From: Camelus dromedarius
Taxonomy: Eukaryota
Length of the DNA: 64,000 nucleotides
Reading direction: 5' to 3'
NCBI RefSeq assembly: GCF_036321535.1
Contig: NC_087436.1
Location: 119,600,001 to 119,664,000 of the forward strand
Shown one piece after another: positions 1-13,040 of the stretch. The notes under the pieces were generated by a model. It was not told the origin of the DNA and searched no databases. It saw only the letters and a list, made by a program, of their open reading frames with translations. The translations under genes were made by a program, and so were the position numbers. Position 1 is the first letter of the stretch, and every line of letters starts with the position of its first letter.

Positions 1-66
1 GTGGTGTCGTGGGGCCCAACGGCAGTCCTCGGGCCTCTGAGTGTCCAAGAAACGGCATTCTTCCCC

Positions 67-500
67 ACGTGCAGGCCCTTGTCTGTTTGCCACCCTGGGA
101 CCCCCTCACCCCCTTCCCAACCCTGCTCCTGCCCCAGGGGCTGACCTCTATGGATGTGCCCACCCAGGCGGTCGGCCTCTGACTTCCTGTTGTGCTCAGC
201 CAATGGGAGGCACCAGCAGGAGGCTGGAGGGCGAGGCGAGAGAGAGGCCGGGGTATCGCTCCTCCGCTCATCCCTGCCTGCACTGGGTTCTCCAGTGGCT
301 GTGCTCTCCTGTCCGGAGACCTGCCCATGGCTACAGATTTCACTGTCTACCCAGTCGGCCCCTTCTGCCCCTTCAGACCTGGGAGTGGTGACACTGCCTG
401 CTATTGACCCTGGAAATCCCAGCCCCTCAACCCCAGCCCATACCTGTGCGAAAGCCCTTTCGTTGAAACCTCTTCACTACCCCTCTGAGTGAGGCCCCCA
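67..500 (+). mobile_element. Ancient ERVL solo LTR, LTR33-like
   Basis: Contains cagccaatgggaggcaccagcaggag...gagagaggccggggtat and a 3' end 'cccatacctgtg...cccttt..aaacctcttcactacccctctgagtg', matching my recollection of the LTR33/LTR16 consensus. Boundaries approximate. Confidence 0.55.
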
Positions 501-1464
501 GATAGCACCTTATGGGTCTTTCCTGAATGCCTGGATGGTTCTGGAATTTCCCAGTTCTTAGCTTAAAGACGAGGCGTTTGGTAGATGTTCCCTGAATCAA
601 ATTCATGATTTTCAAAGGGCTTGAGCCCCTGGATTAAAGCATTTTAAAAGTGCAAAGTTACATGATTGTTCACATATTATTCATCCAAGGAGTCTTGGAA
701 TTTCTGCAGTGTAAGCCCTCCTGCCTTCTGGGGCCTCGTTTGTTTTCTGTAATGGAAGCAAATGCCATTTTATGTCCTGGTGTGCTTTCTTTACCTGTAT
801 TTTTCGCATCACCATTGAATGAGGAGAGTGGGGACAGAGGCTGCCTGAGGGTAAGAAAGCCTGGAAACCCAAGGGAAGGGTGGCGAGTCCAGGTCTGGGT
901 CGCAGGGTGTTGCTGGGGGTGAGCTGTGGTCAGCTACTCGTGGCATCGCACTGGAGGCTGACAGTCCTTGGAGAAGTCTGAGCTAGCAATTTAGCAGAAT
1001 CACCCACCAACCCACCTGCTGAGCAGCCAGCAGAGGACGCTTTCTGAAGGGCAACAGGGGCATGGCCCTCTCAGAAACCCCCAGGGACTCCCATCTCCTG
1101 TGGAATAGGATCTGAAGCCCTTCCTAACTCGGCCCAGCTCGCCTCTCCAGCCCCCTGCCCACTGCCTGCAGCGCCCTCCCCATATCATTTCTAGCTTCCT
1201 AAACCTGTTACACCCCATCGCACCCCCGTGCCTTTGCACGTTCTGCATGCTCCGGCTGTGATGCTGTCGCTTGCCATCAAAATAACCTCAATATAAAGAA
1301 AAATGTGGAGAGTAAGAAGAGGGGAAAGCTCATTCCTTTGGGAGAGAGGGAGAGCTTCCACAGGGAGGGCACGAGTTCCAGAACCAAGGAAGATGCCCGA
1401 CTCTTTCTGGCTGCGGCTCTACCCCCTCCCACTGACTCAGCTGCCTCCGAGGGGGTCCAGACAC

Positions 1465-1675
1465 TGGGTGAGGCCCTCCGGCTCTGGTCAGACAGAGGCA
1501 GGATTCAGTCCCAGCTCTGCCATGAGTTAGCAACAGGAGCCTGAATAGGTCCCTCCAGGAGCCTCAGTTTCCTCTTCTGGGAAGCGGGGTGATGATGCTT
1601 GTCACACAGGATGGAGGGAGGTGACCCATGGAAAGAGCTGGCACGTGGCTCGCACATAAACTGCACCAGAAACAG
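1465..1675 (+). mobile_element. MIR SINE fragment
   Basis: 'ggattcagtcccagctctgcca...gcctcagtttcctcttctgg' core and a 'gagctggcacgtggctcgcacataa' 3' part. Confidence 0.6.
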
Positions 1676-2504
1676 TGCTGGCTATGATTTCAGGGCTAGT
1701 GTTCAGGGGTGGAGCTGGACTCCAGTTTGTCTTGAGGGAGGTTTGGAGTCAGGTCTTGTTTTATAAAGTTACAGAGTGGATTCTTGAACTGGGGTCTAGG
1801 CTGTGGACTAATGACACAGCACTTGACACACCGCTTCGCATAGGTTTCAGGTTCCCCCAGCCCCCCAGATTTGGGGGCTGGTCTGTTTCCATCTATTTCC
1901 AGAACCATGATAAGGCTGAGCTTGCAGGCGGCGACCAGGGAGCCCATGTTAAACTCAGGTCTCCAAGCATCGGCTGATGCTTGGTGCTGGGGTGACTTCC
2001 AGGCTCTGCCGCAGGCGGCTTGAGGTCCAGGGGGAGGCTGATGTGCAAAAGACAGTGACAACCCCGAGTGACGGGACTTGTAGGAGGTTGCAGGAGGACA
2101 GGGGATTGTTACCCTCCCAAGAGTGTGGGTGGTCAGGGCAGGCTTCTTGGAGGAGGAGATGTTGAACGAGTATCAGTTTTAAAAGGTAAGTAGGAAGGAA
2201 GAAACCAGGGCAGGGGGCCCGGGAACGCGCACACGGGAACCACCTGAAAACTAGGCAGGACGCGTGGGTCGTGGGAGAGGAGTGGTGGGAAGTGCAGGCA
2301 GCTTGGTGTCAGGCCAGGCCCTCCCTTCTACCCACGTGATTTCAGGGTGGGCCAGCCAGAGAGAGGGCAACGCTTTCTGCATCTGAGAGGGGACGTGTCC
2401 TGAGGCCACACGTGGTCAGCTCAGGCCTGGTACTCGAAGCCACACCTCCCGACGTCTCTACACCAGGCTGAGCTGGGGCCCAAGCTCAAACTTCAGAGGA
2501 CAGA

Positions 2505-2878
2505 GTGGGTCTTAGCTCAGGCTGTCTTGCAAGACACCGCAGACGGGGGTCTTGAACAGCAGACATTTCTGACAGTTCTGGATGTTGAGGAGTCCAGGAC
2601 CAAGGTCCAAGATTACTAGAAGTCTCAGCGTCTGGGGAGGGCTCTCTTCCTGGCTTTGTAGGGGCCGCTGTCTCCCAGTGCCCCCACGTGGCCAAGACAG
2701 CGGGGAAGCACTGCTCTGCCTCTTCTTATGAGGACACTAACTCCATCCTGGGGCCCCCACTCTCACGACCTCATGTGACCAAATCACCTCCCAAAGGCTC
2801 ACCTCCAAATACCATCACATCAAGGATTAGGGCTTTGGCATATGAATTTTTTTGGGGGTGATGATTCAGTCCATAACA
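2505..2878 (-). mobile_element. MaLR solo LTR (MLT1A-like)
   Basis: Typical 'cttcttatgaggacactaa...aatcacctcccaaaggctcacctccaaataccatcacat...catatgaatttt...attcagtccataaca' end. Confidence 0.75.
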
Positions 2879-3789
2879 GAGGGGGAGCCCCGGTTTCTGG
2901 CCTCTTTATTGCCGGGCCTCTTAGAGCCCCAGGACATTGGTTTTCTCGTGTGTTTGAAACTTGCTGATTTTTCCAAATGTGATCAGCCCCTGGAATCTCA
3001 TGCCCCCCCCACCCTGCCTGCCTGTCACCCAGCTGGTCTCACGGATGAGGGGAATTGCACACTGCAAAAGGTCCACGCTTTGGAGAGGATAAAATACCCT
3101 GTAAATGTACATTATTGTTATTTTTATTATAGGCATCAGAGCAAAACCACCCGTTCAAAAGAGCTAGTTTAGTTAGACCAGGCGTGAGTGCTACCTGAGT
3201 TGAAAACTCGTTCTGCTTTGCGGTGTTTTCTTTTGGGTATAAATCAAGAGAAGGGCTTTTAAAATACTTTTAGTACAAACGTGTTTCAATCATACGATCA
3301 GTCACCTCTCAGCACAAGGACCTACCGAGACGTCCGTGTGATTGCTGAAGGTGCCTCACTGCGACAGCCCTGCAGCCCTTTCTCCATGCAAAGCGTATCT
3401 GGTTCCACTGATCTGAAAGGGAGCTGGGAAAATCACCCACCACTCAGCGTGGAAAATCAGACGTCCTGCAGGGTGGTGGAGGGTTCCGCTGCAGACCTAA
3501 GCTCTGCGTGGAACTGGAGATCACTCTGCAGTTTCATGTCCCCACACTCTATGAAAGTCCCAAAGGCTTTTCCCATTATACACGTTCTAGAAATTCCACC
3601 CTCGAACATACAACTCTCAAATCCTCCTATTAGAGTTTCTGGGAGGCAGAACACCTTAAGCTGGGATTGATATGCCGGACCGCTGCTGACACTCCCTAGC
3701 CCGTGGCAGACATTACTAATCGATCAGGCACAGATTCCCATTAAGCCTTAGTCTCAGCTGGCAGCTCCAGGCAGACACTCCCATTGTTG

Positions 3790-4020
3790 ATGTCCCACCT
3801 CAACCGTCAGGCAGAGAGTGAATTCCTCCCTCCTCCACCGTGTGTTCTATTTGGGCCCTCGGTGGACGGGACGAGGCCCACCTGCATGGGGGAGGGCACC
3901 TGCCTTGCTTGCCCACTGCTGCAAGTGCCTCGGGAAACACCCTCTCTCACGCCCAGAAGTCATGTTCTCCCTGCTCTCTGGGCATCCTGCGGCCCAGTCA
4001 GCTTGACACATAGAAACACC
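3790..4020 (-). mobile_element. ERVL LTR fragment (MLT2-like)
   Basis: 'gaggcccacctgcatgggggagggca...aaacaccctctctcacgcccagaa...ggcccagtcagcttgacacata' motif string. Confidence 0.6.
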
Positions 4021-4696
4021 AGGCGAAGGATGTTGGGCTGTGCTATCACAGAACTTTGTTGGAAAAATTACACCAGAAAAGGCCCTATTTCTAGCTTTGG
4101 CTTTTACGTGACTGGTCCTAAAAATCACTGCTTTATTCCAATTATATCTACAGTTTTGCTCCCTAGAGGGCAAAATAAGCTTATGTTCACGATTCCTGGC
4201 TCCATTTGTAAAACATCTGACGGAAGGGAAATACCCACACTGCGAAGGGCAGGTTCTGTGAGAATACAGCTCTGTGATTTCTCCGACTGAGCACACCTGT
4301 GTCCCTGCACCCAGGCTGCTCCGGGAACCCACCTTGATCTCCTTTGTTCGCTCATCTCTAACCTAACGTGTCTCCGCACCCCTGCCCCAGTTCGCCGTGA
4401 CCTTCTCGGAGGACTGGTTCTAAGCGGCCTTTCCCTTGTACTGATTTTGCTGGGATGCCAGAGCCTCCACCTCTGAAATGGCGAAGCGCTCGCAGTAACA
4501 GCGCAGCCAGGGCCCCGCGGATCACGGAGCGGCAGAGACAAAACCATCCCTCAGACAGCCTTGACATTCTCACCGAGGGACCTCCCGCTGCAGAATCAGA
4601 GGGACAGCGAAGTTTTGATTCAAACACACTTCTGGTTTATCCAGCTGGGGCCAGCCCTGCGCTGGGGCTGGCGATGCAGACACAAAAGTGAAAACA

Positions 4697-5104
4697 TGTG
4701 AAAACAACAGGAAGCTGTTGTCACACAGTTCAGGGGCCGGAAGTCCAAAATCGAGGTGTTGGCAGGGTTGGTTGCTTCCGAACGCTCCGAGGGGGACTCC
4801 GATGCAGGCCTTTCTCCTGGCCTCTGCTGGTTTCTGGCAGTCCCTGGTTCTTCTTGGCTTGTAGACAAACCACCCTGATCTCTGCCTCCATCTTTGCACG
4901 GCCTTTCCCTCTGTGTCTTCTTCTTTTCTGTCTCTTATAAGGAGATTGGGTGTTGCGTTTAGGACCCACCAGGGCGATCTCATCTCAAGATGCTTAACTG
5001 ATTCCATCTGCAAAGACCCTGCTTACAAATAAGCTCACATTCACAGGTTCTGGGGGTTCGGACTTGGACAGATCTTTCTAGGAGACACAAGTCAACTCAG
5101 TACA
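4697..5104 (-). mobile_element. MaLR solo LTR (MLT1C-like)
   Basis: 'cacagttcaggggccggaagtccaaaatcgaggtgttggcagggttgg...catctgcaaagaccctgcttacaaataagctcacattcacaggttctggggg'. Confidence 0.75.
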
Positions 5105-5429
5105 GACCTCACCCCCTAGACCAGCCCTCAAGGCACTCCAGTAATCAGGCCAAGGCAAGGAGGTGTGCCCCCGAGGAGGAGGAGGTGCTGGAGGAGGAGG
5201 ATGCTCGGTACCGGAGGGACATGAGGGCGGGTCCTGAATGGTGGCCGGTAACTGGGGAACTGGGGAGGGGCAAGCGGGGAGACACTGCCGGGCTAGGGAG
5301 GTGTGAGCAAAGTACAGAGGAGCAAGGGAAGGTCTGTCACCCAGACGGGTGGCGGCGAGCTCCTGGGGCGAAGGCTTTAGGCTGGCTTGGTGGCGCTGAG
5401 CTGGACCAGAACAGGGGGAACGTGTGAGG

Positions 5430-5610
5430 ATAGTGAGCTTCTAAGGTGGAGACGCAGGCAGTGTGAGTTCAAACCTTGGCTCCAACAGCTGCCAGGTTAC
5501 TTCGCACAGTGCTCACCCTTGGAGCCTTACTCTCCCTATCCATAAAACTGGGACGAGGATAACAGTCCTACACCTGGTGAGGGCTGAAGAGGGCGAAGGA
5601 AGAGAATCTG
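5430..5610 (+). mobile_element. MIR fragment
   Basis: 'gagttcaaaccttggctcca...ccttactctccctatccataaaactggg'. Confidence 0.45.
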
Positions 5611-6291
5611 CGCCCACAGTGCCCCTCTGGCCATCGTTAGCTACTTGTGCTAGAATTTACCCTGGGTGCCCAGGAGCCGGCAGAGGCCGCACAGGGTAAA
5701 CACTCAAGAAATGGCAGTTGGACGAGTGAAGGAGGAAACCCCGGAGCACATTTCTTTCTTCCAAAAAACCAGCTTTATTGAAGTACAGTTCACGGACCGT
5801 AAAATCCACCATTTCAAACATACATTTCGGTGACTTTCAGCACATTTATAGATTTGTGCAGTCACCCCCAATCCAACTTCAGGCAACAGCTACCACCCCA
5901 GCCTTGGCCCCTAGGCTGCCACTCCCTCTCCCGACCCCTGGCCCTTGGCGACCACTGGTCTGCTTTCTGCTTCTATAGATGTGGCTTTTCTGCATAATTC
6001 ACATACGCGGAACCATCCAACACGTCGTATTTGGAGTCTGCTCTTGCCCTTGGCGTGAGGCCTTAGAGGTTTGTCCGTGGTGCGGCGTGCGTGTATCGGA
6101 GAGTCACTCCTTTTTGTGGATAAACAGCATCTCCTTGTTTGAATCCGCCACATTTTGCTTATCCGCCCCTCAGCTGTGGGACGTTTGGATGGCTTCCAGC
6201 TTGGGGCGATCATGCGTGATAGCGCTGTGAGCACTTACGTACATCCTTTGTGTTTTATTCCTCTTGGGTGGATTCCTAGGAGTGGAATTGC

Positions 6292-6386
6292 CCTCACATG
6301 CCCATCAGGTGGGTACTGTTGTCCTCATCCCCATTTTACAGATGAAGATGTAAGGCCTCGGGGCATCGAGTGCTTTGTACAAAGTT
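6292..6386 (-). mobile_element. MIR core fragment embedded within the old L1
   Basis: 'gggtactgttgtcctcatccccattttacagatgaagatgtaaggc' is the MIR core. It sits between L1 'ggagtggaattgc' and 'atgttaactttttaagaaact'. Confidence 0.6.
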
Positions 6387-6417
6387 GATGTTAACTTTTT
6401 AAGAAACTATCAACTTC

Positions 6418-6640
6418 AGGAAGAGAAAGACTGGAATTTCAAAATTGTAGAATAGACAAACAAGATAATACTGTATAGCACAGGGAAATATATACAAGAT
6501 CTTGTGGTGGCTCACAGCGAAAAAAAACTGTGACAATAAATATATATATGTTCATGTATAACTGAAAAATTGTGCTCTACACTAGAATTTGACACAACAT
6601 TGTAAAATGACTATTACTCAATAAAATGTTAAAAAAAAAA
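6418..6640 (+). mobile_element. Young 5'-truncated L1 3' end (camelid-type) with poly(A) and TSD
   Basis: 'ctgtatagcacagggaaatatatacaagatcttgtggtggctcac...acaacattgtaaaatgactattactcaataaaatgttAAAAAAAAAA'. 17-bp TSD aagaaactatcaacttc (6401-6417) / aagtaactatcaacttc (6639-6655), at a TT|AAGA endonuclease-type site. Confidence 0.85.
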
Positions 6641-9370
6641 GTAACTATCAACTTCTTTTTTTCTTTTTTCCCCAAAGTGGCTGTGTCACTGTGCATTTCC
6701 GCCCCAGCAGTGTATGCCATTCTAGTTTCTCTATATCCTTGTCACTCTGTCTTTTTCATGACGGCCATTTTACTGGATGTATGGTAGGGTCTCACTGCGG
6801 TTTAATTTGCCTTTCCCTAATGGCTAATGATGTTGGACGTCTTTTTACATGCTTATTAGCTGTTGGCTCATCTTCTTTGGTGGAATGTCTGTTCAAAGCT
6901 TTTGTCCATGTTTAAATTGCTTTTTATTTTGGGAGGGGTCTTCTTAAGTTTTAAGAGTTCTTCATATATTCTGGATTTAAGGCTGTCCTTTACCCCATTG
7001 AATTATCTTGGCACCTTTGCCAAAAATCAGTTACCTGTAGATGTACGTGTTTATTTCTGGACTCTTAATTCTGTTCCATTGATCTGTATGTCTGTCCTTC
7101 GATGAATGCGCCAATGTCTTGATCACGGAGGCTTAATAGGAAGTTTGAAATCAGGTGGTATAAGTCTTCTACCTTTATTTGTTTTAAAAGTTGTTTTGGC
7201 ATTTCCAGGTCTTTTGCATTTCCATATAAAATTTAGGATCAGCTTACGAATTTCCACAAAAGAGATGCTGATAGGGATTGCATTGGATTTATTGCTCAGT
7301 TGGTGGAGAATGACCATCTCGACAATGTTGAGTCTTCCAATCCATGAACATAGAATGTTTTCCCGTTTATTTAGAGCATGTTTAACTTCTCCCTCTCAGC
7401 AGTGTCCGGTAGATTTCAGTGTAGGTCTTGCCATTCTTTTGTTAAATTAATTCCTAAGCTCTTTCTTCTTTTTGATGCTATTGTGAATGGAATTGTTTCC
7501 TTAATTTCATTTTCGGAATGTCTGTTGCTGGTATATAGAAATACAGTTGGTTTCTGTGCATTGATCTTGTATTGTGCAGCCTCACTAACCTTGTTTATTA
7601 GTTCTAATAGTGTTTCTGTGGATCTCTGGGGATTTTCCACATAAAGACTTGTGTCATCTGTGAATAAAGACAGTTTAATGTTTTCATTTTGAATCTGGAC
7701 CCTTTCGAATATTTACTTTGTCTTGTTGCTCTGGTTAGAACTGCCAGTAAAATGTTGAATAGAAGTGGTACGAGCAGACAGCCTCGCCTTGTTCCTGATC
7801 TTCGAGGGGAAAGCATTCAAGTTTTTTTTGTTTTCATCATTAAGTATGATGTCAGCCCTGGACTTTTGTAGAGGTCCTTTGTCAAGCTGAGGAAGTGTAC
7901 TTTTATTTCTGCCTTATCGAGAGTTTTTATTATCAGTGGGTGCTGAATTTTTTCAAATGCTTTTCCCGTGAGATAATCATGAGATTTTTTTCTTTATTCT
8001 ATTAATACGAGGTATTACATTAATTAATATTTGGATGTGAATTAACCTTGCATTCCTAGGGTAAATCCCACTGGGTCATGGTGTAGAATCCTTTTTACAT
8101 GTTCCTGGATTCAGTTTGTTGATATTTTATTAAGGATTTTGGTATCAATTTAGTAAGGGAAAAATTGCAGAATAAATGAGTTGAAAAGTGTTCCCTCTTT
8201 CTGTATTTTCTGAAAGAGTTTGTGAAGATTTGATAGTATTTCTTCTTTAAATATTTGGTAGAATTCACCAGGGAAGCCACGTGGATCTGAGCTTTTCTTG
8301 TGGGACAATTTAAAATTGTTAATTCAGTTTCTTTGTTGCATATCTATTCAGATTTTATATTGCATCTTGAGTCCATTTTGGTAATTTGTGTATTTCTAGG
8401 AATGTGTCCATTTATCTCAGTTGTCAAATTTGTTGGCATTAATTTCTGTATGATTGGTCATGATCTCCTTTTTCATGCTTGATTTTGGTAATTTGCGTGT
8501 TTTTTTTTTTGACTTTGTCCAGCTGAAAGTTTATCAATTTGTGTTACCTTTTAGAACCAGCTTTTAGTTTCATTGATTTTCTCTGTTGCTCTTGTTTTCT
8601 ATTTCCTCTATTTCTGTGCTAGTCTTTCCTGTTTCCTTTCTTCTGCTGGTTCTTCCTCCAGCCTCTTTAGGTTACTCGAGACCTTTCTTCCCTCACATTG
8701 GCATTTAGAGTTACACGTTCCCGTTTAAGCATCGCTTCAGCTGCGTGCCATACATTTCCATACATTGTTGGGAGTTTTCATCTGTTTCAAAATATTTTCT
8801 CATTCCCTTGTGATTGCTTCTTTGACCGTTGAGTTATTTAGAAGTGTGTTGTTCAGTATTGAAATATTTCGGGCTTTCACAGATTGCTTTCTGTTGTTGA
8901 TACCTGATTTAATTCCACTGTGGCCAGGGATCGTTCAGGCTTTTATGATTTCAGGCTTTTTACATTTACTGAAGCTTATTTTATGGCCTGGCACATGGTT
9001 GGAGAATATTGCACGTATGCTTGCAAAGAATGGGTGTCCTGAAGTCACTGGGTCTGTTAGACTGTGTCAGCCAGTAGTGTGTTCAGGTCTTCTGTGTCCT
9101 TGCTGAGTTTTAAAATCTAGTGTTCTACCAATTACTGAGAGTAGGTTAGTGACATCTCAGCTACTATTGAATTGTCTATTTCTCCTTTCAATTTTGATAA
9201 TTTTGGTTTTGTGTGTTTTTGAGGGGTGTATAGACTTATAATGTTTACACCTCCCTGATACAGTGGCCCCTGTTATCGTCATGAAGCGTCCCTCTTTGTT
9301 TCTAGTAATATTTCTTGTCTTAAAGTATTTTGTTTGATATTAAAACAATCACTCCCAGCTCTCTTATGGT

Positions 9371-10151
9371 TATTATTATTGTTTTATTGTAGTCTAATTG
9401 TTTAGGATATTGTGTTAGTTTTAGGCACACCTGCATGCAGGTCATGTTCCATTAAAGATGATTACAGGATAGTGGGTGTGATTCCCTGTGCGATACAGTG
9501 ACTCCCTGATGCTCTGTTTTACAGATAGTGATTTGTATCTGTTAACCCCGTACCCAATCTGTCCCTCTCCCCTTACCCCTTCCCTTTGGTAACCATGGGT
9601 TTGTTTCCTATGCCTGTGAGTGTTTCTGTTTTGTGTGTACGTTCATTTGTATTATTTTTTAGATCCTACATGTAAGCAATGTCATATAGTATTTGTCTTT
9701 CTCTGACTTATTTCACTAAGTATAATATTCTCTAGGTCCATCCACATTGCTGCAAATGGCAGTATTTCATTCTTTTTTATGACTGAGTAACGTTCCATTG
9801 TATATATGTATATATACCACATTTTCTTAAGCCAGTCGTCTGTTGATGGGCACTTGGGTTGCTTTCATATGTTGGCTACTTTAGATAGTGCTGCATTTTG
9901 GGGTTTAAGACTAGATTAAAACTCTAATCTAACTCAGATTAGAGTTTTCATTTTTTCTGGATATATATACCCAGAAGTGGAATTGCTGGATCATATAGTA
10001 GTTCTATTTTTAGCTTTTCTATTTTACTGTTTAATACTGTTCCAAACGCAACAATTTACATTTACAACAGTGCACGAGGGATTTTTTTTTTCCCACATCC
10101 TCTCCAATATATGTTATTTGTAGACTTTTTGATGATGGCCATTCTGACAGG
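9371..10151 (-). mobile_element. Second, younger L1 3' fragment nested in the old L1
   Basis: T-rich tail followed by an L1 3' UTR ('ccctttggtaaccat...cttatttcactaagtataatattctctaggtccatccacattgctgcaaatggc...gatgatggccattctgacaggtgtg'). Flanked by the short repeat tggttat. The older L1 resumes collinearly on both sides. Confidence 0.75.
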
Positions 10152-12868
10152 TGTGGTTATGTTTTTATGGGATATCTTGGTTTCATCCTTTTACCTTCAA
10201 CCGATTTGTGTCACTGAATCTAAGATATGTCTCTTGTAGATAGTACGTAGTTGCATCTTGAGTATTTATGCTGTCTGACAATTCCTGCCCTTTGATTGGG
10301 GTGTTTAGTCTATTCACATATAGTGTGACTTGTATGTATTTCATTACATTGACCATTTTGCTGTTTTCTCTACCATTTCTCTTGTGGGTTCTCTTGTTGT
10401 GATTGTTGTTGTCTGGTTCTTCTCTTCTGCCTTTATTGTTTTCTTCTGTGTTAAATAAATATTTTTAATGTCCCATTTTAATTCCTCTTAAAAAATTATG
10501 TATCTTGAATAATTTGCTTAGTGTTTGCTCTAGGGACTACAGAATACATTTTAATTTGTTACAGTCTACTTCAGACTAACAGTAATTTCTTCCAATTAAA
10601 TATGGAAACTTTGCTCTGATATAGCTTCAGCTTCCCCCCTTTTTGTGTGATGATTATCATATATATATTACACCTTTAATGTTATAGACCCAACACTACA
10701 GCATTATAATTACTATGTATGTTTTTTAAAGAAATTAAGAGAGTATTTATAGAGAATTTTATATTAACCCTGATATTTTCCATTTCTGGTGCTTTTAATT
10801 TCTTCTTATGGAGTTCATTTACCATCAGGCGTCATTTCCTTCCAACCTGAGGGAATTCCTTCAGTATTTTACGTAAGGCAAGTCTGCTAGCAATGAATTC
10901 TATCAGTCTTTGTTTATCTGGGAATATTTTGATTTCATCTACATTTTTTTGGAGGATAGTTTTGCTGGATATAGAATTCTTAGTGGCAGGTGTTTTTTTC
11001 TTTTAGCATTCTGAATATGTCATTGTACAATCTCTGTCCTCTGTTTTTTTCCCTGTTAATCTTATTGTTCCCCATACGCATTCATGATAAGTTGGTTTTC
11101 TCTTGTTTCTTTCATGCTTTTCTCTTTGTCTTTCAGCAGGTTGGTTATGATGTGCCTAGGTGCACGTCTCTTTGTATGTAACCTATTTGGGGTTTGTTGC
11201 GTTTCTTCGGTGTTTAAAGGTTTTCATCCATCTTGAAAACTTCTTGGCCATTATTTCTCAAGTATTTTTTCAGCCCTGCTCTCTCTGTCCTCTCCACTGG
11301 GACTCACGTTACACACAGATTGGTGTGCTTGGTGTTTTTCTGTAGGTCTCTGAGGCTCTGTTCATTTTTCTTCAGTGTTTAGTTTCTTTCTCTTCTTCAT
11401 GTTGATAATTTTCATTACTCCGTCTTCAGGTTCACCGATTCTTCTGCTCTCTCAAATCTGCCATTGGTTCGTTTACATTATTTCTTCCTTCTTGTTGAGA
11501 CTCTTTATTTGTTGATTTATTATTGTCCTCCTTTCCTTTAATTGTTTGATCATATTTCTAAGAGCTGCTTTGAAGTCTTTCACTACCAAATACAACTTCT
11601 GGAGACCTTTAGGACTGCCCACCCTTGGATATTGGTCATATTTTCCTGTTTCTTTGTATTTCTTACAATTTTTTTGGTTGAAAATGGACATTTTAGGTTA
11701 TACACTGTATTAATTCTGGATTTTGATTCCCCCAGAAGGTTGTTGCTATGTTGCGCCTGTTCGTCTGTTTGTTTGTTTAGTAACTCGCCTGGCTTAAACT
11801 TGGGAAGTCCGTTGTCCTTGCTGCGCAGCTGCTGATGCCAGCTTTTTCTTTTTAATTTCCAATTTTTATTTTTAAGTCTGGCTTTGTGCCCCTGTTTCTG
11901 CATAGCTTAGAGGTCAGCCAGTATTTGATCAGAGGTTATTCTGGAACACCTTGGGCTAGTAAGCCTTGTATCCTCTGTCAAAGACCTGTGTGCACAGGAG
12001 CACATTCAAAATCTAGGCATTTTCAAGTCTGCCTGGCTTTTACTTTTCTCTAGGCCTTGCATGATTCCTGTGTGCATACGCATGGTCTTTGGGGCAGCTC
12101 GGAGGCCGTGGCTGGCTTGGGTCCTTAGTGTGGCACATGGCTTCAGTCATTCTACACAGTGTCCAAGAAGATAATTTCCACTGACCCTAATGTTACTGGG
12201 CATGATCATCATCCAGTGGTCCAAACTGCAGTTTCCCTTGACCCGTGGCTTTGCAGCTGCTGGTCCTCATGGCCTGCCCTACCTCACAGAATCTCTGCGT
12301 CTGTCCAGCTGGGATGTGGTGTGGGAGCAGCTCTGGGCAAGAGTGCTGCAGACTCCCACTGTTTGTACCTGAAGTTCAGCACTTTTTGAGCATAAACACT
12401 TCTCAGGTTGTTGCATGCACTTGGATGACTTCCAGGGTGTGGAAATAGTTATTTTTGTCAATTTGTGCAGTTTCATAATTGATTTTTGGAGAGAGGATTT
12501 GCCAACCTCTTCACTTGGCTTTAAGTGGACGTTCTACCTCCCTGAAGTGTATTTTCGACTAGGAATGTTGTGGGCAAAGTTCAGCGTTCACAGAAGGATG
12601 AGGGTAGGGCAGAAGTGTCTGGGTATGAGGCTATAAAGGTTGGATTGAGTGGACGAGACCTCATTTAGCGGAGAAGGATGAAAATAGCAGTATCCACAGG
12701 GAAAGGGATTTTTCTAAGTTTTCCAAGGTCAGTCAGCAGAAGGCTGACACTTGAACCTGGGTCTCCTGACTCCCAGTCTGGCGCTTTTTCCCTTCCACCA
12801 AATCGCTCTTCATTTTAGCAGTTGCAGTTTAGAAGTTTGAATATCTAAGAGTTTCCAGTGTGACAGGC

Positions 12869-13040
12869 CCATCCATCCGTCCACCCATCCATCCATCCAT
12901 CCGTCCACCCATCCATCCAGTATGGATTGAGTGCCTACGGTTTGCCCAGCGCTGTGTTGGACAGTGAGGATAAGTGGAGAACCAAAAATGGACACAGTCC
13001 CAGGGCTCATGACCCTTATGGTCTTGGAGTGGGGACACTC
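12869..13040 (-). mobile_element. L2 3' end with (CCAT)n/(ATGG)n microsatellite tail (12869-12919)
   Basis: Imperfect CCAT repeats followed by 'attgagtgcctac...gcgctgtgttgg...acacagtcccagggctcatg'. Confidence 0.6.

Larger units (their letters stand above)
5750..12520 (-). mobile_element. Old, decayed near-full-length LINE-1 (L1M-type) with ORF2 and ORF1 remnants, interrupted by later insertions
   Basis: 3' UTR at ~5750 (cagctttattgaagtacagttcac). Minus-strand ORF fragments translate to L1 ORF2 RT-region peptides: 7604-7816 '[22 protein letters not shown]', 7416-7640 '[27 protein letters not shown]...IPFTIASKRRKSLGINLTKE', 7123-7317 'NAIPI...KLILNFIWKCKRP'. An ORF1-like piece lies at 11473-11691 ('KDFKAALRNMIKQLKE'). 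The + strand is T-rich, with many stops and frameshifts. Confidence 0.9.

Noticed and set aside
7106..8300. Active reverse transcriptase or a retron/DGR-like system
   Set aside because: Fragmented LINE-1 ORF2 with many stops, frameshifts and internal deletions.
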